Assembly: GCA_030248215.1 (NCBI GenBank)
Contig: JASANG010000627.1
Coordinates: forward strand, 372,001 to 436,000
Length of the DNA: 64,000 nucleotides
DNA from: Enoplolaimus lenunculus
Lineage: Eukaryota
Direction: 5' to 3'
Positions within the stretch are counted from its first letter, which is position 1; each line of letters begins with the position of its first letter. Shown in pieces: positions 24,358 to 38,900 of this stretch. A program made the position numbers and the translations under genes. Under the pieces are notes generated by a model, which was given only the letters and a program-made list of their open reading frames with translations, was not told the DNA's origin and did not search any database.

Positions 24358-25418
24358 CTGTAATGACCCGAATAAGAAGGAGAGATAAATAAGAGAGGAT
24401 CTCCATTTTGAATCCCGATCAATAGGAGTCCATATAGCTAATAAGAGTCCGAAGCGGATAGAGTCTCTAAACTATAATTATCCCGAATTGTAGTGCATAA
24501 ATGACTAAAGGACCAAATAAGTTGAGTTCGAAACTTTAAAGCGTACTTAAGTTTGAAAGTATCTACTTGAGCGAAGCGAAACTCCGAGCGAACCTCGGAG
24601 TTTCGCGAAGCGTTTTATGTTTTGTACTTGGGGGTCGAAAGGTGGATGTCCGTCCGTCCGTCTGTCCGTCCGAAAAGAATCTCAGGAACGGCTGAACCGA
24701 TTTTGATAAACTTTTTTGTTTGAAAGCCAATTATCCTGGGGTGTTAACCTCGCATTGGAGTTTTAAAATTTTGAGGCGTTTATTAGCTACAGGCTAATTT
24801 GCATAATTAAGCCTAAATAAGTTCTTTCCACAATATTTCACTAATTATTACAGTTAGAAGCAATCTAATTTTAGTATTAAAGGGTTTTTGGGTGCGAGGA
24901 ATCTGAGTAGACTGTTTACAAACCTCTAAAACCGATGATTGAGCAGTTAGCTAATAGATAATTTGCATATTAGCATAGGTTATAAGCCTAAATTAGGACT
25001 TTTTACAATATTTCACTAATTATTAAGATTAAAAGCAATGTAATTTCAGAACTAAAGGGTTTTTAGGCGCATGGAATTTGAATAAATAGTTTACAAACAT
25101 CCAAAACTGATAATTGAATAGTTAGCTAATAACTAATTTGCATATTAGCTTAATTGACAAGACAAAACTAGGACTTTTCAAATTATTTCATTAATATATA
25201 TGTGCATTCCTATGTATAAGTGCATTTTCGCTCAAGCTTTTGATACAAGACAAATAAAACGTTTAATTCAACGGATAGTTGCAATTCCGGATATATATTA
25301 GTAACGAAGGGCGGCGAAGGGCGAGTCAAAATAAATAGTCTGTAATCAAATAACAGGGGGGCATTCTCTGGATAGGCCAAATAGATATCAATCCGCCCTC
25401 TTGATCGGGTCACTACAG
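24358..25418. mobile_element. TA-flanked MITE (CTGTAGTGACC...GGTCACTACAG) interrupted by a Helentron-like insertion
   Basis: TA|CTGTAATGACCCGAATAAG ... CGGGTCACTACAG|TA. Colinear with the uninterrupted copies at 38242-38669 and ~19128-19510. Confidence 0.75.
24561..25204 (+). mobile_element. Helentron/DINE-1-like (HINE) non-autonomous element with internal ~170-bp tandem repeats
   Basis: Palindrome GCGAAACTCCGAG-cgaac-CTCGGAGTTTCGC, a (GTCC/GTCT)n microsatellite followed by ATCTCAGGAACGGCTGAACCGATTTTGAT, and ~2.3 copies of a ~170-bp unit starting TAATTTGCATA. Confidence 0.55.
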
Positions 25419-27789
25419 TATCATATTATATTTTCTAAATGTGTGTATAGCTAGGTAACATAAGTAACCAACTCGTCTGCTGAATATTATATACTAGAAT
25501 TTGATTTTTTAATTACTACGCTGATCTGAGATCGTGTACTTGGTATTTTAAAACACATCTGCGCCCTGTCGCCCACTTTTCTATTCATTCATAAGCCCGC
25601 GAATGATAAAACTGTCCCGTTCAATGTCATATGTTCCACATTATCCCGTGAGATGTCGGCCGTTGTATAGATTGTAATTCTGAGAGGTGTTTTGTAAGTT
25701 ATAATATATAAAGTTTTAGCTAATTGTGAAGCAGGAATGGTGAATGTTCTGGAGACATGAGAAAAGGTACTTACAGACTTCAACATAACCAGCAGATAGG
25801 GTGCAACCGTAATTATAAAATACCGGAACCGGAAAGTTATAAAAATACCGGACCGGAAAACAAAAATCCCTTGTTACCGAAAAATTCATTTTAAAGCTAT
25901 TTTATCGCTTTTAATTGTGTAACCACACCATTTAAAATGCCCAAATCCTGCAAGAATAATGCAGTAGCTGAGAGTCGTATGAAAAAAAATATTTTTAAGA
26001 ATTACGTTCAAAACATCATTTTTAAATGCCGTTAAATTATATATAATTCACGAACTGACTACTTGACATGCTTGCGTAGATAAACGGATTGCACTTGCAG
26101 CCATATAGTCGAGTTTCAACGTCAATAGACACAAAATCGTTGAAATACGTCGCACAGGTAAGTCTGAGTCATGACAAAAAGATGCTTTTCAATATGAAAG
26201 TACTGTATTTTTCAGTATTCTGCTCCTGCAAAACTGAGAAACGTGTAACGAAATCACTGTCGCATAAATTCTATGTTACATCTCATAGGTATCTTTAAAA
26301 TCAGACAATACCCTCTGTGTGACCTAACAATTAACAGATTCTATTAGGTACCTCTGCACATCCTGCAAGCACATCCCGTTTGCCAAAACAGAAATCTTAA
26401 ATGTCGGAATAACGTCCTACTGCTCAGAAACCGACAATAGTATTTAATTTACAACGTGTAAATTTACATAAACAAAGTAAATTAAATCAAATTATATAGG
26501 TACCAGCTGGTTTAATGGAATGCGTATTGAATAAAAAATTAAAAAAACTACGCAATTATTTTTCGAAAACAATCATATCTTGTGGATGAAACAACAGAGT
26601 AAATCTGCAGTAGGCCAAAACCACTTGACTCGATTGCACAGTTGCAATGTTGTGCATTAATTTGGAAGACGGGTTATATATAATCAGGGTGTAAACGGAT
26701 AGTAAAAATAACGGAAACGGATAGTGATCAAAATAACGGAAAACATATCTTGAAGTATAAAAGTATCAAAGATGTTTTATTATTCTGCCAACACATCTGA
26801 GGCGTGCAAATATACACTGGACTTTCTAAAATTTTAAAATGGCGCATGTATTAAAATTTTTTTAAATTGTAGCATATCTGTAATGAAAATTAGGCAATAT
26901 AAACCTGATTTATAACTAAATTTGATGTGAAAAGATTGTTATTTCTATAACGGAAACGGACACCCATTTTTACCGGAAGTGGATATCCGGTCACGCCTTG
27001 GTTATGATGAAACCACCAGAGTTTAAACGGACGAACAGAATTTAAAAGCAAAATATCACGGTCAGGCTGCTGAAATTGCCAACAATAAAGAAATATGTCT
27101 AATACTCTTAATGCGGAGTTCACGTTATACCTGGGGCAACCAGGAACACGTTTTGTCCCAATTACAATATCGGGTACCATTGCATCTCCATGCTGATCCT
27201 CTATCAAATTCCGAAAGATTTAAATTGTCTACTAGCCAAATGTAGCATTCAGTTTTTGCACTGCAATATTATGCTTAAAAAGTCTGCAAAGTTGCACTAA
27301 ACTAAAATGAAACCCATGTAGAATATCATGACACTAAATAATTTCAATTATTTGTATTCGGGAATATATTTAGGGAATATTTCCGTCAAAAACAAAAGGA
27401 CAGAAACTAAATCAGCATTAAAAACCATCATTTAATGCCACATTATTTCTTTTTAACATTTTAGGTCCAGCATGTTATCATGTGATGTTTGATAGAATTT
27501 TGAAATATTATATGACACTCCCATGAATCCCGCCGTATCATGTGACATAATCACTACTTGTTTATGATGATCACTTAAGATCAATTATTTTTAAGCCAAT
27601 GTCATGTAACATTCACATTTTGTCGTCATAGTCCATACTTAGATAACATGCTAAGTTGTCGTGGAATCAACATAAACAAATCGTGTTCCTGGCTGGTCCA
27701 GTTATAACGTAAAGCCCGCATAACTTCGTTACTTTATTAAAACAAACAGCCCAATAATTAAACACCACTGTTTCAACTACATTTTGGTT

Positions 27790-30700
27790 TTAATCAAGTA
27801 ATTGAATTTCGATTTTACAGCGATCAATAACTTCTTGAGGCATACAAAATACTGGATTTATTTCTTTTAATCCACCGACCCCAATCAGTGATAGTCCGGC
27901 GAGACCAAACACAGTATGGAATGGGTCAGGCTGAAAAAAGGTTATAAGAATATATAGTATTTGAGTATTTCCAGTCGGCAACTTAAGTAATAATTAAAAC
28001 ACTACGTATGTATGTTCATAAGTATGTAAGATTTGAGAAAGAAGAACTTAATAGATAAATATGAATGTGACCAATAGTGATGGGAGTCTCAGTGACAGGC
28101 TCAGTCCAAGTTTCAGTCTCAAGTTTAGAAACTGAGACTAAGGCAATGATCCAACCAGGATTGCCAGTTGCGGCAAATTGTTTCATTAATATGTATGATT
28201 GTTAATTGTTATAAGTAAATTGTTGGTATATAGCAACTTGCGGAATTAGACTTACGACTGCAAGATTGTCAAAAGTTTTGTTTTTAAAAGCGAACTGTGA
28301 CACACTCAATCAATTCTGTTTTGTATATAAATTCTTAAATATTGAACTGAACGATGTGCTAAATTTAGCCTGTGGGCCAACAGAATTTTCCTGAATTTAA
28401 GCCTCAAAACTTTGACTACAGTATCTGGCAGTCTGTTTATATGTATGAAATTTCAATCATAAAGTTTATAGTGCAAAAGCCAGCCAGTTTCACTAATATA
28501 ATTTCTGCGACAGAGCAATTTTTATTGTGCGAGTAAGAATCAGAATCGAAGCTTGTTTTGAATCGGAAATCTAATCGGAATTCCGGTTACACTCTGGTAT
28601 ATTTTGTGGCAAATAATGAATATACCGAATTCTCTTTGTTTTCTTTCACAATCTTATATTTGTTAAAGTTTTTTCAGCGAAATAGAGCCGACCTTCAAAA
28701 TTCGTGACTGAGAATTTTTCAAAAATGTTACGGTATTGGTGCAAATTTTTTTGAGACTCTCCAAAATGTCTCAAAAAGAACTTGAGACTGCCTTAGTCTC
28801 AGTCTCAACTTCTTACTGAGACTCCCATCCCTGGTGACTAAGCCGTGAAAAGATAAACTTACCACATCTTCAGGACGATCTGAAAATCCACCAGTTTCAG
28901 TATCTTGGCTAGCTAGAATAAAACGAACCAACGCATCCTAAAATATAAATTATACAGAAGACAACAATAAATTAAGTTCACACAAAATAAACTCCAAAGT
29001 ACCAATCTTAGTATCTTAATAACAAAATCAAAAATATAATCACAGCTATAAAAACGCTTCTTGAAAATTTAATAAACTTTTCACAGGATACGCGAATCTG
29101 TTTAGCTTGAAGTTGATATTTTCGGACAGCCATAAAATGTTATTTAATGATTGATCTCTAATAAATTCTCCGTTATAAAAATTACACTCCTTGTAAATTT
29201 ACATTTTACAAAAGACGCAAAACGATCTAGTATTTTGAATCATCGCAAATGTTATTGTGAAACTTTATTTTGCGGTTGCGACACTAATTGTAAATACGAA
29301 AAAATTATACTGTCGTTTGGCACAGAACTGAGAAGCAAATGAGTGTCATGGGATATGTACGATTTTGCAGATTATCAATTTGCATAATATTCTGCTTGTT
29401 TTCTTTTGTTCCGGCTAAAAAATATCCCTCAAGTTCTAAAAAATACGATTCGGCTAGTACAAAACGAATTGAACAGCGTATGTGTAGGACTTGCTTTATC
29501 GATCCAGTGCAGTTTGTTTAAAATTGCAAGACTAGCAAGGACCCACCATGAATAGCACACGTCAGGAAGTTTTTCTGGACGCCCTATAACAAATAACTTT
29601 GTAATGGTGGTGTAAATAAAACGAGAAAAATGAATTCGACCATAAGTACTAGTAAACTGACTCGGTAAATTTAGAATCTGTATAAGTTTCAAACCCGAAG
29701 TATACTTTGATTGCTTGCTCCGTCTAGTACACAAGGCGCTGTTTCAACTCGAAATTCTCCCGAACGCTTACAAATGTTTTGTGATATATATTTTAAATCC
29801 AACAAAATAATTTTTTTCTCCAGCATATCCCTGCCCTCAAAGATCTCTTACCATTTAGTCCACCTGAAGGCAACTGCCGTTCACACAACCAATGCCCCAA
29901 TTTATCAGCATCGACGCGATAGAGATCTTTAGTGATTGCTAACACACCGAGACAGCAATAAATCTATAAAACAACATATATCATAAAACAATACAAAAAT
30001 CACACGCTGCTTCACCTTAAGAAACTTGCAAGAAATAGTGATCTCGTCTAAGGCGTGATTGAAATCGTAATCTTCAATGGTTTAAACACAGTAAGAAATG
30101 TACACCGAGTTTCTAATAAAAACGCTATTTTACCGAACAATAAATTCTCACTCACCTGACCAGCATGAGACTCGGATTTTGGCCGTGTTCCAAATCCGCC
30201 ATCGAAATTTTGGCACATCATCACGTACTCAACAGCGGCATTTATATCAATCGCGTCCAGCCTGTCCTGTGTTCATAATTTATATAAACGCAACGCAATT
30301 ATCTTCTTATAAAATACACATTTCAAAATATACATCTATATTCTCAGCTCTGTGTGTAGCACATATAGCTAGTCATCAGAAGGTTGTAAAACAAGCATGG
30401 CAGCAATGACTCTTAAAAGCATACAGAAGTAGAACAACTCAATTACAAAAAATTGAGCTAAACTGCGAAGGTCACAACCAGCTAATTCGACTGATACAAG
30501 GCCCTTAAATAACCAACTGGACAAGTTAACGATGGCTGCCACACACATTTGAGAATACTGATAACAAATTAAAATTACGATGCAAATCCTCAACTTTAGA
30601 TAAACCAATATTTCGAACATTTATTAAAAGAAAAGACCGAGTGACTGTAAAAAGACTGCTAAGTGATAATAAACGCTGATAGAACTCTGTATGTATGGAC

Positions 30701-33616
30701 ATCAGGGTGTAACAAAATATCCGTTCCGCTTCCGGCAAAAATCGATGTTCGTTTCCGTTATAGAACCATAATTTTCGTTATTTTTATGCCCAAAATTAGC
30801 TATACATCAAGTATATACCTCGCAATTTTTCATTATCGATATCTGCAATTGTTCGATATGAAATAAAAATTACGAAAATCATCCAAAATTTTAAAAAATT
30901 TTGATGCATCCGCAATTTTTTGTGTAAAAAATTAGAAAGATTGTGAACACTTGCCTCCCAAAACTCTGGTGCCAGAGAAATCAAATATCTTTGAAGCGTT
31001 TATACTTCAATATCCGCTTTCCGTTTCCGTTATTTTAATCACTATCCGTTCCGGTTTCTGTTATTTTTACTATCCACTTTACACTCTGATGTATAGGAAT
31101 AAAACATACACTACCAGAAGTTGTAAGCAGGCGACGGCACAAAACGAGAATCTGGTATCAATTTCACCTAAAAATGTGAACCAATTGTAAGAGCTACGCC
31201 GATTCAAAACTACCAAAATAATATTAAAAATGACAAGACAAGACACTGAAATTGTTCTAGACCAAAGCCAACTGGTTAAGTATAGCGGCAATATGACAGC
31301 CGCAGCTCCGTCGAATTACTAGTCTAACCTAAAGAATTATAACAACATAAAGTTATGTCTTTTTGCTAAAAAAATTTACGAATTCTAGAGTTGTCGATGC
31401 AAATGTTACTCAGTTTGGAAACTAAATTTGATACAAAAACGGGGCACGTCTGGGAGCACGCTCTGTCAGAAATTGCCAATGAATTAAAACAATTTACCTT
31501 TCGCAATATACTGCTTTCTGAAATTGTTATATAATCCTCACTGCATCATAACGTACATCTAAAACAACATGAAGTTGTTGACGTTAACTAGAAAACAAAA
31601 AATTGGACGATAAAGTAAAATGCCATTTCCCTGCTTACCCCATTTATCGCCAAAGAAACTCCCATCATTTTGTTGCAGCGAAACAATATACTGAACACAT
31701 TTTTCAACATCAATTGAATTCACGGCGTCGTACAGTACTAAAACCTAAAAACAACCTAAGTTTTTATTTTCGGGTATACGTACTCATCAATAACTGTCGC
31801 AAACACAATGATCATACATAACAGTTTGACAAAAAGCTGTAAAGATTTGGCAAATTAAAATACCGAAGCCGCACCCCGATTTTTAAGAAATTAAGAATAC
31901 GTTGTCACACTCTGCCACCACGGTGCAACCGGATATCAAGTAATGTCAGAGCTGGATGATCTAATATATAGCCCGCCGGAGCCGGATAATTAATGCAAAT
32001 CTAAAACTATATGGCATTTAAATATCAGAACGTAGCTAACAATTCTTCCTTCCGTGGCCTAACGTATTTAAAGTGTTTACGTGACAAAGCTTAACATTTC
32101 ACGCCGATGCATTTTTCAAACCTTAACAACGACCCTATTTCAAAATTCTATGTTCGTGTAGCGTTGCGTTCAGTTGCAATGTTTGTTTGGCCGATGTTAC
32201 TTTTAAGGACATCCAGTTTTCCGTATGTAATATAAAGTAGAGATGGCTAGGGGATTAAGGCAATTATTTTTGCTTAGAGGCTTAGTCATAGATTTATTTT
32301 TACGCTGAAGTTTAGGCTTTTGTCTAACAAATAGGAATATGCTGAGGTATATAGTGTTACGCCCCTAACATAACACTGGTAATCTCTGTGAGGTTTTGCA
32401 GCGCTACTACCTGTATGACAGAAAAATATGTAAAAGTAAGTCAATCAGTTAAACGGTAGTTGGCATATATATAAATGACGGTTTCAATTTTTTGAAGTTT
32501 TTAAAAAACATCCGGCAAGTTGGAATACCTGAGCCAGATGTCCATTTTTTGCCGGAACCGGATATTCGATCGCACGTTGCCAGCCACATAGATAAGACTG
32601 TAACGCTAAACGAAGCAACAGTACTTCAGGTACGTACGCCCACACCATCTGAAACCAATTCCACTCCCATATAAAAACCAAGGTGTGAAACTAAATTTGT
32701 ACCTGCACGGCACTTAAAGAATGCAACACATGTGAATCGTGATCAATGCTAGCACCAAAACCTCCATCATCATGTTGACAATCCTTGATAAAATCTATAA
32801 TTTCATCTCGATTCATTGTCTCCAACTTATACATTAAGTCCATCGCTGTAAGGCACCAATAAATACCTGACATCCGTAGATATTCTGACATAATATACTC
32901 CTAAAATATAAACAAATGTTTGCTTACAATCATAGCCAGTAAGAAGAAAATCTACACATTAAAACAATATCAAGATTGCTTATTATATACAAGAAAAAAC
33001 GAAAATATTTGTGCTTTCAGTGAGGTTTTAATCGTTATAACAACAAGCAAATTAAGGAAGCCAACATAGTTGCAAACTATGTAAAACATGACAATGAGAC
33101 TGCAAGCCAGCATTGTTCGTGCCGTAGAAACCTCATTATATTTGGATTTTTGGCTCCGTACATGAGGGACTGGTGAGTACGCCAAACATCTGTCCTTCAA
33201 AATTCGAATAAAATAACTTACATAGTCCTCTTTTTTCTTTTCGTAGGCTTGCAAATAACCGATATGTTTTTCCAAATATAGCTCAGCAGGCGCATCTTGC
33301 TTTATAGTTACATCCTTCGGTGTGAATAGCGACAGCAATGCCTAGGAATAGAATGAGATCAGAAACATAAAGCTAAAGTATGAATAAAGGGGAATAATCA
33401 TTTAGAAACTGTTCTCCCTCTTAATTCTACAAAATTGTAACAAGATTTATGTTTGATATCTTTAAGGTATATATTGCATTACCTGTACTGAAAAAATAAC
33501 AAAGGCAAACATCAATACGGACATCATATTTATGATGGTTAAACTACGTAGTTAGAAAGTCAGTTGCGGTGACAATACATACATAAAGGTTCTGTTTGTT
33601 TACAATAACTTACCAT
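27790..33616 (-). CDS. RABGGTB: Rab geranylgeranyltransferase (GGTase-II) beta subunit, 10 exons, ~335 aa
   Basis: Exons 33616-33614 (ATG only, inferred), 33341-33222, 32900-32703, 31744-31639, 31167-31115, 30266-30156, 29963-29852, 29583-29495, 28937-28863 and 27930-27790, with consistent phases. Motifs: [63 protein letters not shown] (C. elegans ggtb-1 family). Confidence 0.95.
28075..28833. mobile_element. hAT-like non-autonomous element in the last RABGGTB intron
   Basis: TIRs TAGTGATGGGAGTCTCAGT / ACTGAGACTCCCATCCCTG, 8-bp TSD gtgaccaa/gtgactaa. Confidence 0.8.
30703..31088. mobile_element. hAT-like MITE (CAGGGTGTAA...TTACACTCTG) in a RABGGTB intron
   Basis: TIRs present. The subterminal TCCGTTTCCGTTATTTT motif matches the minisatellite at 6.8 kb. 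Confidence 0.7.
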
Positions 33617-35948
33617 AGAGTGATAAATTGAAGCCTAATTTCTAAACAAGCAGTAAACGTACTAATATATACCTATACTTCTGCAAACGAAATTATGTTT
33701 AATACGTTTTCCTTTGATGTACATTTCTAAAACAATGCAACCACGCATCTTATTATTTACGAATAGAATTTATTAATCCGCGTTCAGCATAAGAACAAAA
33801 AAGTTAAAGTGATTTTACACATGTAAGACAAGTTTGTTAAGCACACATGCCATGTAATGCACACTTGAGTTTCTGTAACACATAGCTAAGTAATTTCCCT
33901 GCTTTGTTAAATTGCAATTTCAGACGGCCGACATTACTCTGAATTGATATAAAACGTTGCGACCAAGTTTTGAATAATTGTTTTAAGTTATGTAATTACA
34001 CTAACTACTTTGTTTTGTAGCTTATTGGTGCACGCAAATTGCAATGCCTGCATAATTTCGTGCGGTATTATAGCTAGAATTTTGTATATGATATTCGCAT
34101 AAACAACCCGCGGTATCATTTGACATATTGCTACTTGCATACAATGATCACCTGAGCTCAGTGGTTTGCAAGTCGATATCATGTGGAATTTACATTTCAA
34201 CAATTCATGTTGACGACGAACAAAACAAAACATTTTTCGGGCTGCCCCAGTCTGTTGTGAACCCGCACCAGTGTATGTATCAGGGTGCAACCGGAGGTCA
34301 AAAATACCGGAGCCGGAGCCGGAGGTCAACGAAACTTGCCTGAGCCGGAGCTGAGGTGAAATTATAGGTGGTAAAAATGACGGTTGATGAGAATATACAA
34401 TGTGTACGCAACAATCAGGTGTGTTCTAGTCCTTTTTAAAAGTATAGCCTTATAGAATACAGGTCTATTATATAACTTACCGTTTTACATGCAGCAAAAT
34501 GTGGTACTTTATATATACAAAGTCAGAAATGAGCTTAATAGTAAAACACCTAAAGCATATTGTACCACACCTGCTTTCGGTAAGAACTTTGGCTTGAACA
34601 AAAAAGTGCAATAGTGTTCATTCTTGGCCCATATATCTAAAAATCAGCAGCTTTTTCGTGTGACTGCAATAAAATAAGCTTGCTTTACGCAAATTTTTTG
34701 CGCAGGGTTTAAAATTGCCTTAGGCTTGTATACGCTTTTATTCTAACGGCCCTGTTCTATACAATACACGAATACATAGACGTCACCGAGTTGTACTAGA
34801 GCAATATAAAGTGTACCTAAACTAGCAACCGTTGTCGATGTTTTCAATGACTTCGCAGCGTGCGTTCATCGTTTACTTAATCTCTGTAGATTCTTACATT
34901 TTACGCCAAAAATTTGTCATTTGATGAGTCTTTTAGGACTATAAAGTTGAAAAATTTCAGCGGTGTCAAACATCTGGGTACTCTGCCGTCAAATATATAC
35001 TCGGTTCGACGAAACAACTTGTGGACATTTCCATGAATGGCAATGTACTGTTTTGATACAAAAACTCTGAACTTCTAAATTCACGGGGTCATAAATGATA
35101 CTGAATGTTAATTAAGTGTTGTCTACCGGAAACTCTGCCTTCAGTTCCGGACAACAATTTACTTCGGCAAATTTTATCGCTATACGAGAATATCGATGTT
35201 TACCCCGATTTAAAACTTCTGTCGTCGAGTTCACATATTTTTCAAGTACAGTACTCAGAACGATCTTCTTGACCATATGTAGTTTTGCAATATATCTGCA
35301 ACCTCAAAAGTGAGCGATGTTTAAGCGTAAGGAATCACGAAATTTTTTTAACATAAAGTGCGCAGAACAATTATAGTAATGTTTTTATTTTTTACCTCAA
35401 ATAAGAATTTAAAACTTATACTATTTCATTGTTATATCGTCAAGCATTCTATGTATAGTTTCTTTTCTAACTTTTACGCGAATATTAAATATGCGCAGCC
35501 CTGCTTTTTTGATTTCCAACGTATTAAGTTCAACAAATTCCATTGTCTCTTGATCCGCAAGTATCGTTCAATAGACTTGCACATTTCACAATCCAATCTT
35601 GACGAAAATTCATTTCAATCCATAAAAACAATTTTGTTGACAAATAAGCTGGATTCGTTGCTTAACGTAGGAATTTGGCATGAAAACAACGGCGCTTAAT
35701 TCATTATCCAGGTGACCAATGAACAGTATGGTTATGGTTCGTTAACCACGAATTCGAACTGCGATTTACGAATGAATTCGGCCGAATCGCTAGAATCTCG
35801 CACCTTGAACCGTATTCTGGTAGGTAGCAAAAAGAACAATTCGTTATAACTCGTGCAAATTTTAACCATTATAGGTTCGATTGTTACAAGAGCTATCATC
35901 AACTAGCGTTTCAACTTGCACCTCGTCAAAACAGTCTGCTCCGTTGAA

Positions 35949-38900
35949 TTAGTCGAGAAAAATCGTTCCCGGGCTATCACTCCATTGCGACTGAGTTAAA
36001 ACCGATCCGTTTGGTTTTCGTTGCACCGAGCATCCAACGCACGCCAAAATACCTCTGGGTGGAGCTCCAGCGACGCCGTAATCTCGAAATTCTGTTGCCG
36101 ACCCTGGTACATGTTGCATCATTTTCGCTTCACTATAGTACCCGACGTCTTCTGTTGAGTCATGCCGACAACTGTCAACATCGATATCAACTTGAACACA
36201 CATTTCTTCAGTGTTCACTGTAGTTTGTGTGGCGGACGATTTCATTCGAGACATTTTGTCAATGTGTTGCTTGAGCATATCGGTTTTTGTACGATCCATG
36301 AAACTGAAACACAACTCGTAGTAAAAAGTTCAACAGCGGCGTTGCCAGAATCTCATTTCGAGAGGGATAAAGCACATCTATATTAGGGCTGTGCTATACT
36401 TAACGTCCGGCGCCGTCCGTCACCCATCCGGCACCGTGCGTCACCCGTACGGTGCCATCCGTCATCGTGCGTCATCCAAACGGCGCCGTCCGTCACCGTG
36501 CGTCACCATATGTTATCGAACATGACTTATTTGCGTACGATACCGTACGGTGACGAACGGCGCCGTACGGGTTACGGACACCGCCGGACGGTACCGTGCG
36601 GGTGATGGAAGGCGCCGAACATCAATAAAAGTATAGCGCAACCCTTGACTGCAACTAAAAAGCGTTGAGTTTGCAAGCGAAGGTAACCACGCGTCATGTA
36701 AAAGAAAACTTCTTGCCACGAAAAGGTTTAAAATTCAATTAGTCGCCCGGTTTCGGACGGTGATACTTTTTAGGATGCGCCGGCACGAGACGGCGTCCGG
36801 AAACATGCTGCAACGAGCTGCTGTGTGCCGCATAATAGAGTATAGCGCTAACCTAAAAGTATAGTAAACGTCATTGATAAAAATTCCGCTGAAAGTTCTG
36901 GACGTTGATATCTGATAACTTCCTTATATATGTCGTATCAAATATTAGATAGATCTATCGTCAACATAAAAAGTCTTTCAGCCTCGCCAAAGTTTGGCTC
37001 TTGTACACGTTTCTACTTCATTTATGCTTTAGCTTAGATGTAGGCTTATGACAAGGCTTACCTATGCCTTTAACGGCCCCTGTATAGAACAGAGCCCGTA
37101 CAGTAGTATAAGCATATTCCTATTCCTAAGCCTAAGCCTAAGCCTATGCCTAAGCAAAAAATTAGTCTAAAGCTTAAACTGACTCTATTATAGCCCCTCC
37201 GAAAAACGATCCGGCCCTGTTCTATACATGGGCCCCTTTAACTCGACGCCTAAACCTAAACTTTAGCTTAACTCTGAGCCAAAGTTGAAGCCAAATCGCT
37301 TAAATCTTAAACGTAGAGGGAAAGCGTGCAAGAGCTCAATGTTTTTGCACAAACTGCAGCTGCAAAAATAGACAAAACCACTCACGACATGAGCATATTT
37401 TGCCGGATACCAGCTGGTGCAACTTGAATAGGACTTTTGGAGACCAACGAGTCTCGACGCTGTTCAGTGATACCGGTGACAATTCGCGCTTGATACTGTT
37501 TCGATACGTTGTCCATCATTTCTTGAAACATCAACTCAACATTCGATTGAAGAACGTTAATACACAAGCTAATTATTGTCAGTCCAATAATTATCATCGG
37601 AAAGCTTGTATAGAATTTCATCGCTGTGTCGGGTACAAAATCGCCCAGGCCTGTTTAAAATAGTAAACAAAAACGAGTATACTTGTATAGTTCCCCTACA
37701 CTAGGGATAATTGTGATAAATCAAAAAAATGCCTCCCACACAGTGGCGGATCCAGGATGTCAAAATGGGGGGGCCAAAATTTCACCGGTAATAAACTTAC
37801 TTTTGACCCGCACACAAACCACGAATTATTGTCATAAAATTGCTATATAATTTTTGTCGAGATGCTGTTGGGGGGGGGCCACGGGCGGAGTGGCCCCCCC
37901 ATGGATCCGCCATTGCTCTCACATATATAGAGCAATGGGCTATGGACACTTTTTGCGTTCTAAAAAGATGGCTGCGGCCCGTCGACCCTCACTCCACAAA
38001 TTCAAGAACTCAGAATTGGAGCTACCGCCCCCAAGCCGCACGCAGTAAATGGTTCTCATATTACAGCGCTCACAGCACAGTATCGAAAGTTCGATAACTT
38101 CATTAGAACTTTCAGCTGTTCTGATAATGAGCTGCTTAGACTGTATAGATTACAGGGATAAAGGTCCCTGATTGGAAAGTCAACAGTGTCAATACCGTAC
38201 AACTCTACAAATGTGCGTTGAATTGTTGCAGCGGTATAATACTGTAGTGACCGGAATAAGAGGGGGCTGATAACTCTTTGGCCTCTCGAGAGGGTTCTCC
38301 CTGCTATTCGGTTATGGACTGCTATTTATTTTTAATCCGCTCTCCGCCACCCTTCGTTAGTGATGTATACGGTATTGTAACTATCCGTCGAATTAAACGT
38401 TTCTTTGCCTTGCATCAAAAACTTGCACGATAATGAAAGGTTACATTTATGTATATACTTTCAAAACTTAACTACGCTTTAAAGTTTTTATTTGGTCCTG
38501 GAGTCCTTTACGCAATTCAATTAGGGATTATTGACATTCATAGACTCTGCTTATAGTTTAGGGACACTATCCGCTTACGGACTCTTATTAGAGATACGGA
38601 CTCCTATTGATTGGGACTCAAAATAGTGTCCCCCGTCTTATTACCCCTCTGTTATTTGGGTCACTACAGTAGGCTGGTTGTAATAAATATTTACAAGATT
38701 CATACTTAAACATCTTAAAAGAACGCGGCACGCTAGTAGTTTTTCTTGCAGTTGCAAACCAGTTTGTTAATGTCTGCGCAAGGCAAACAGACTACATAAT
38801 CATTCAAACCTCTTCAAACCTTTTCAAACCTCTTCATCCGCCTAAACGTAAATTCAGGTTTGCCAAGTACGTAAACTGCTATATAGCAATCGAACCAGTG

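Noticed and set aside
27931..33613. Intronic C/D snoRNAs (vertebrate RABGGTB hosts SNORD45)
   Set aside because: No properly spaced box C / box D pair with terminal stem seen by eye; an Infernal/snoscan search would be needed.
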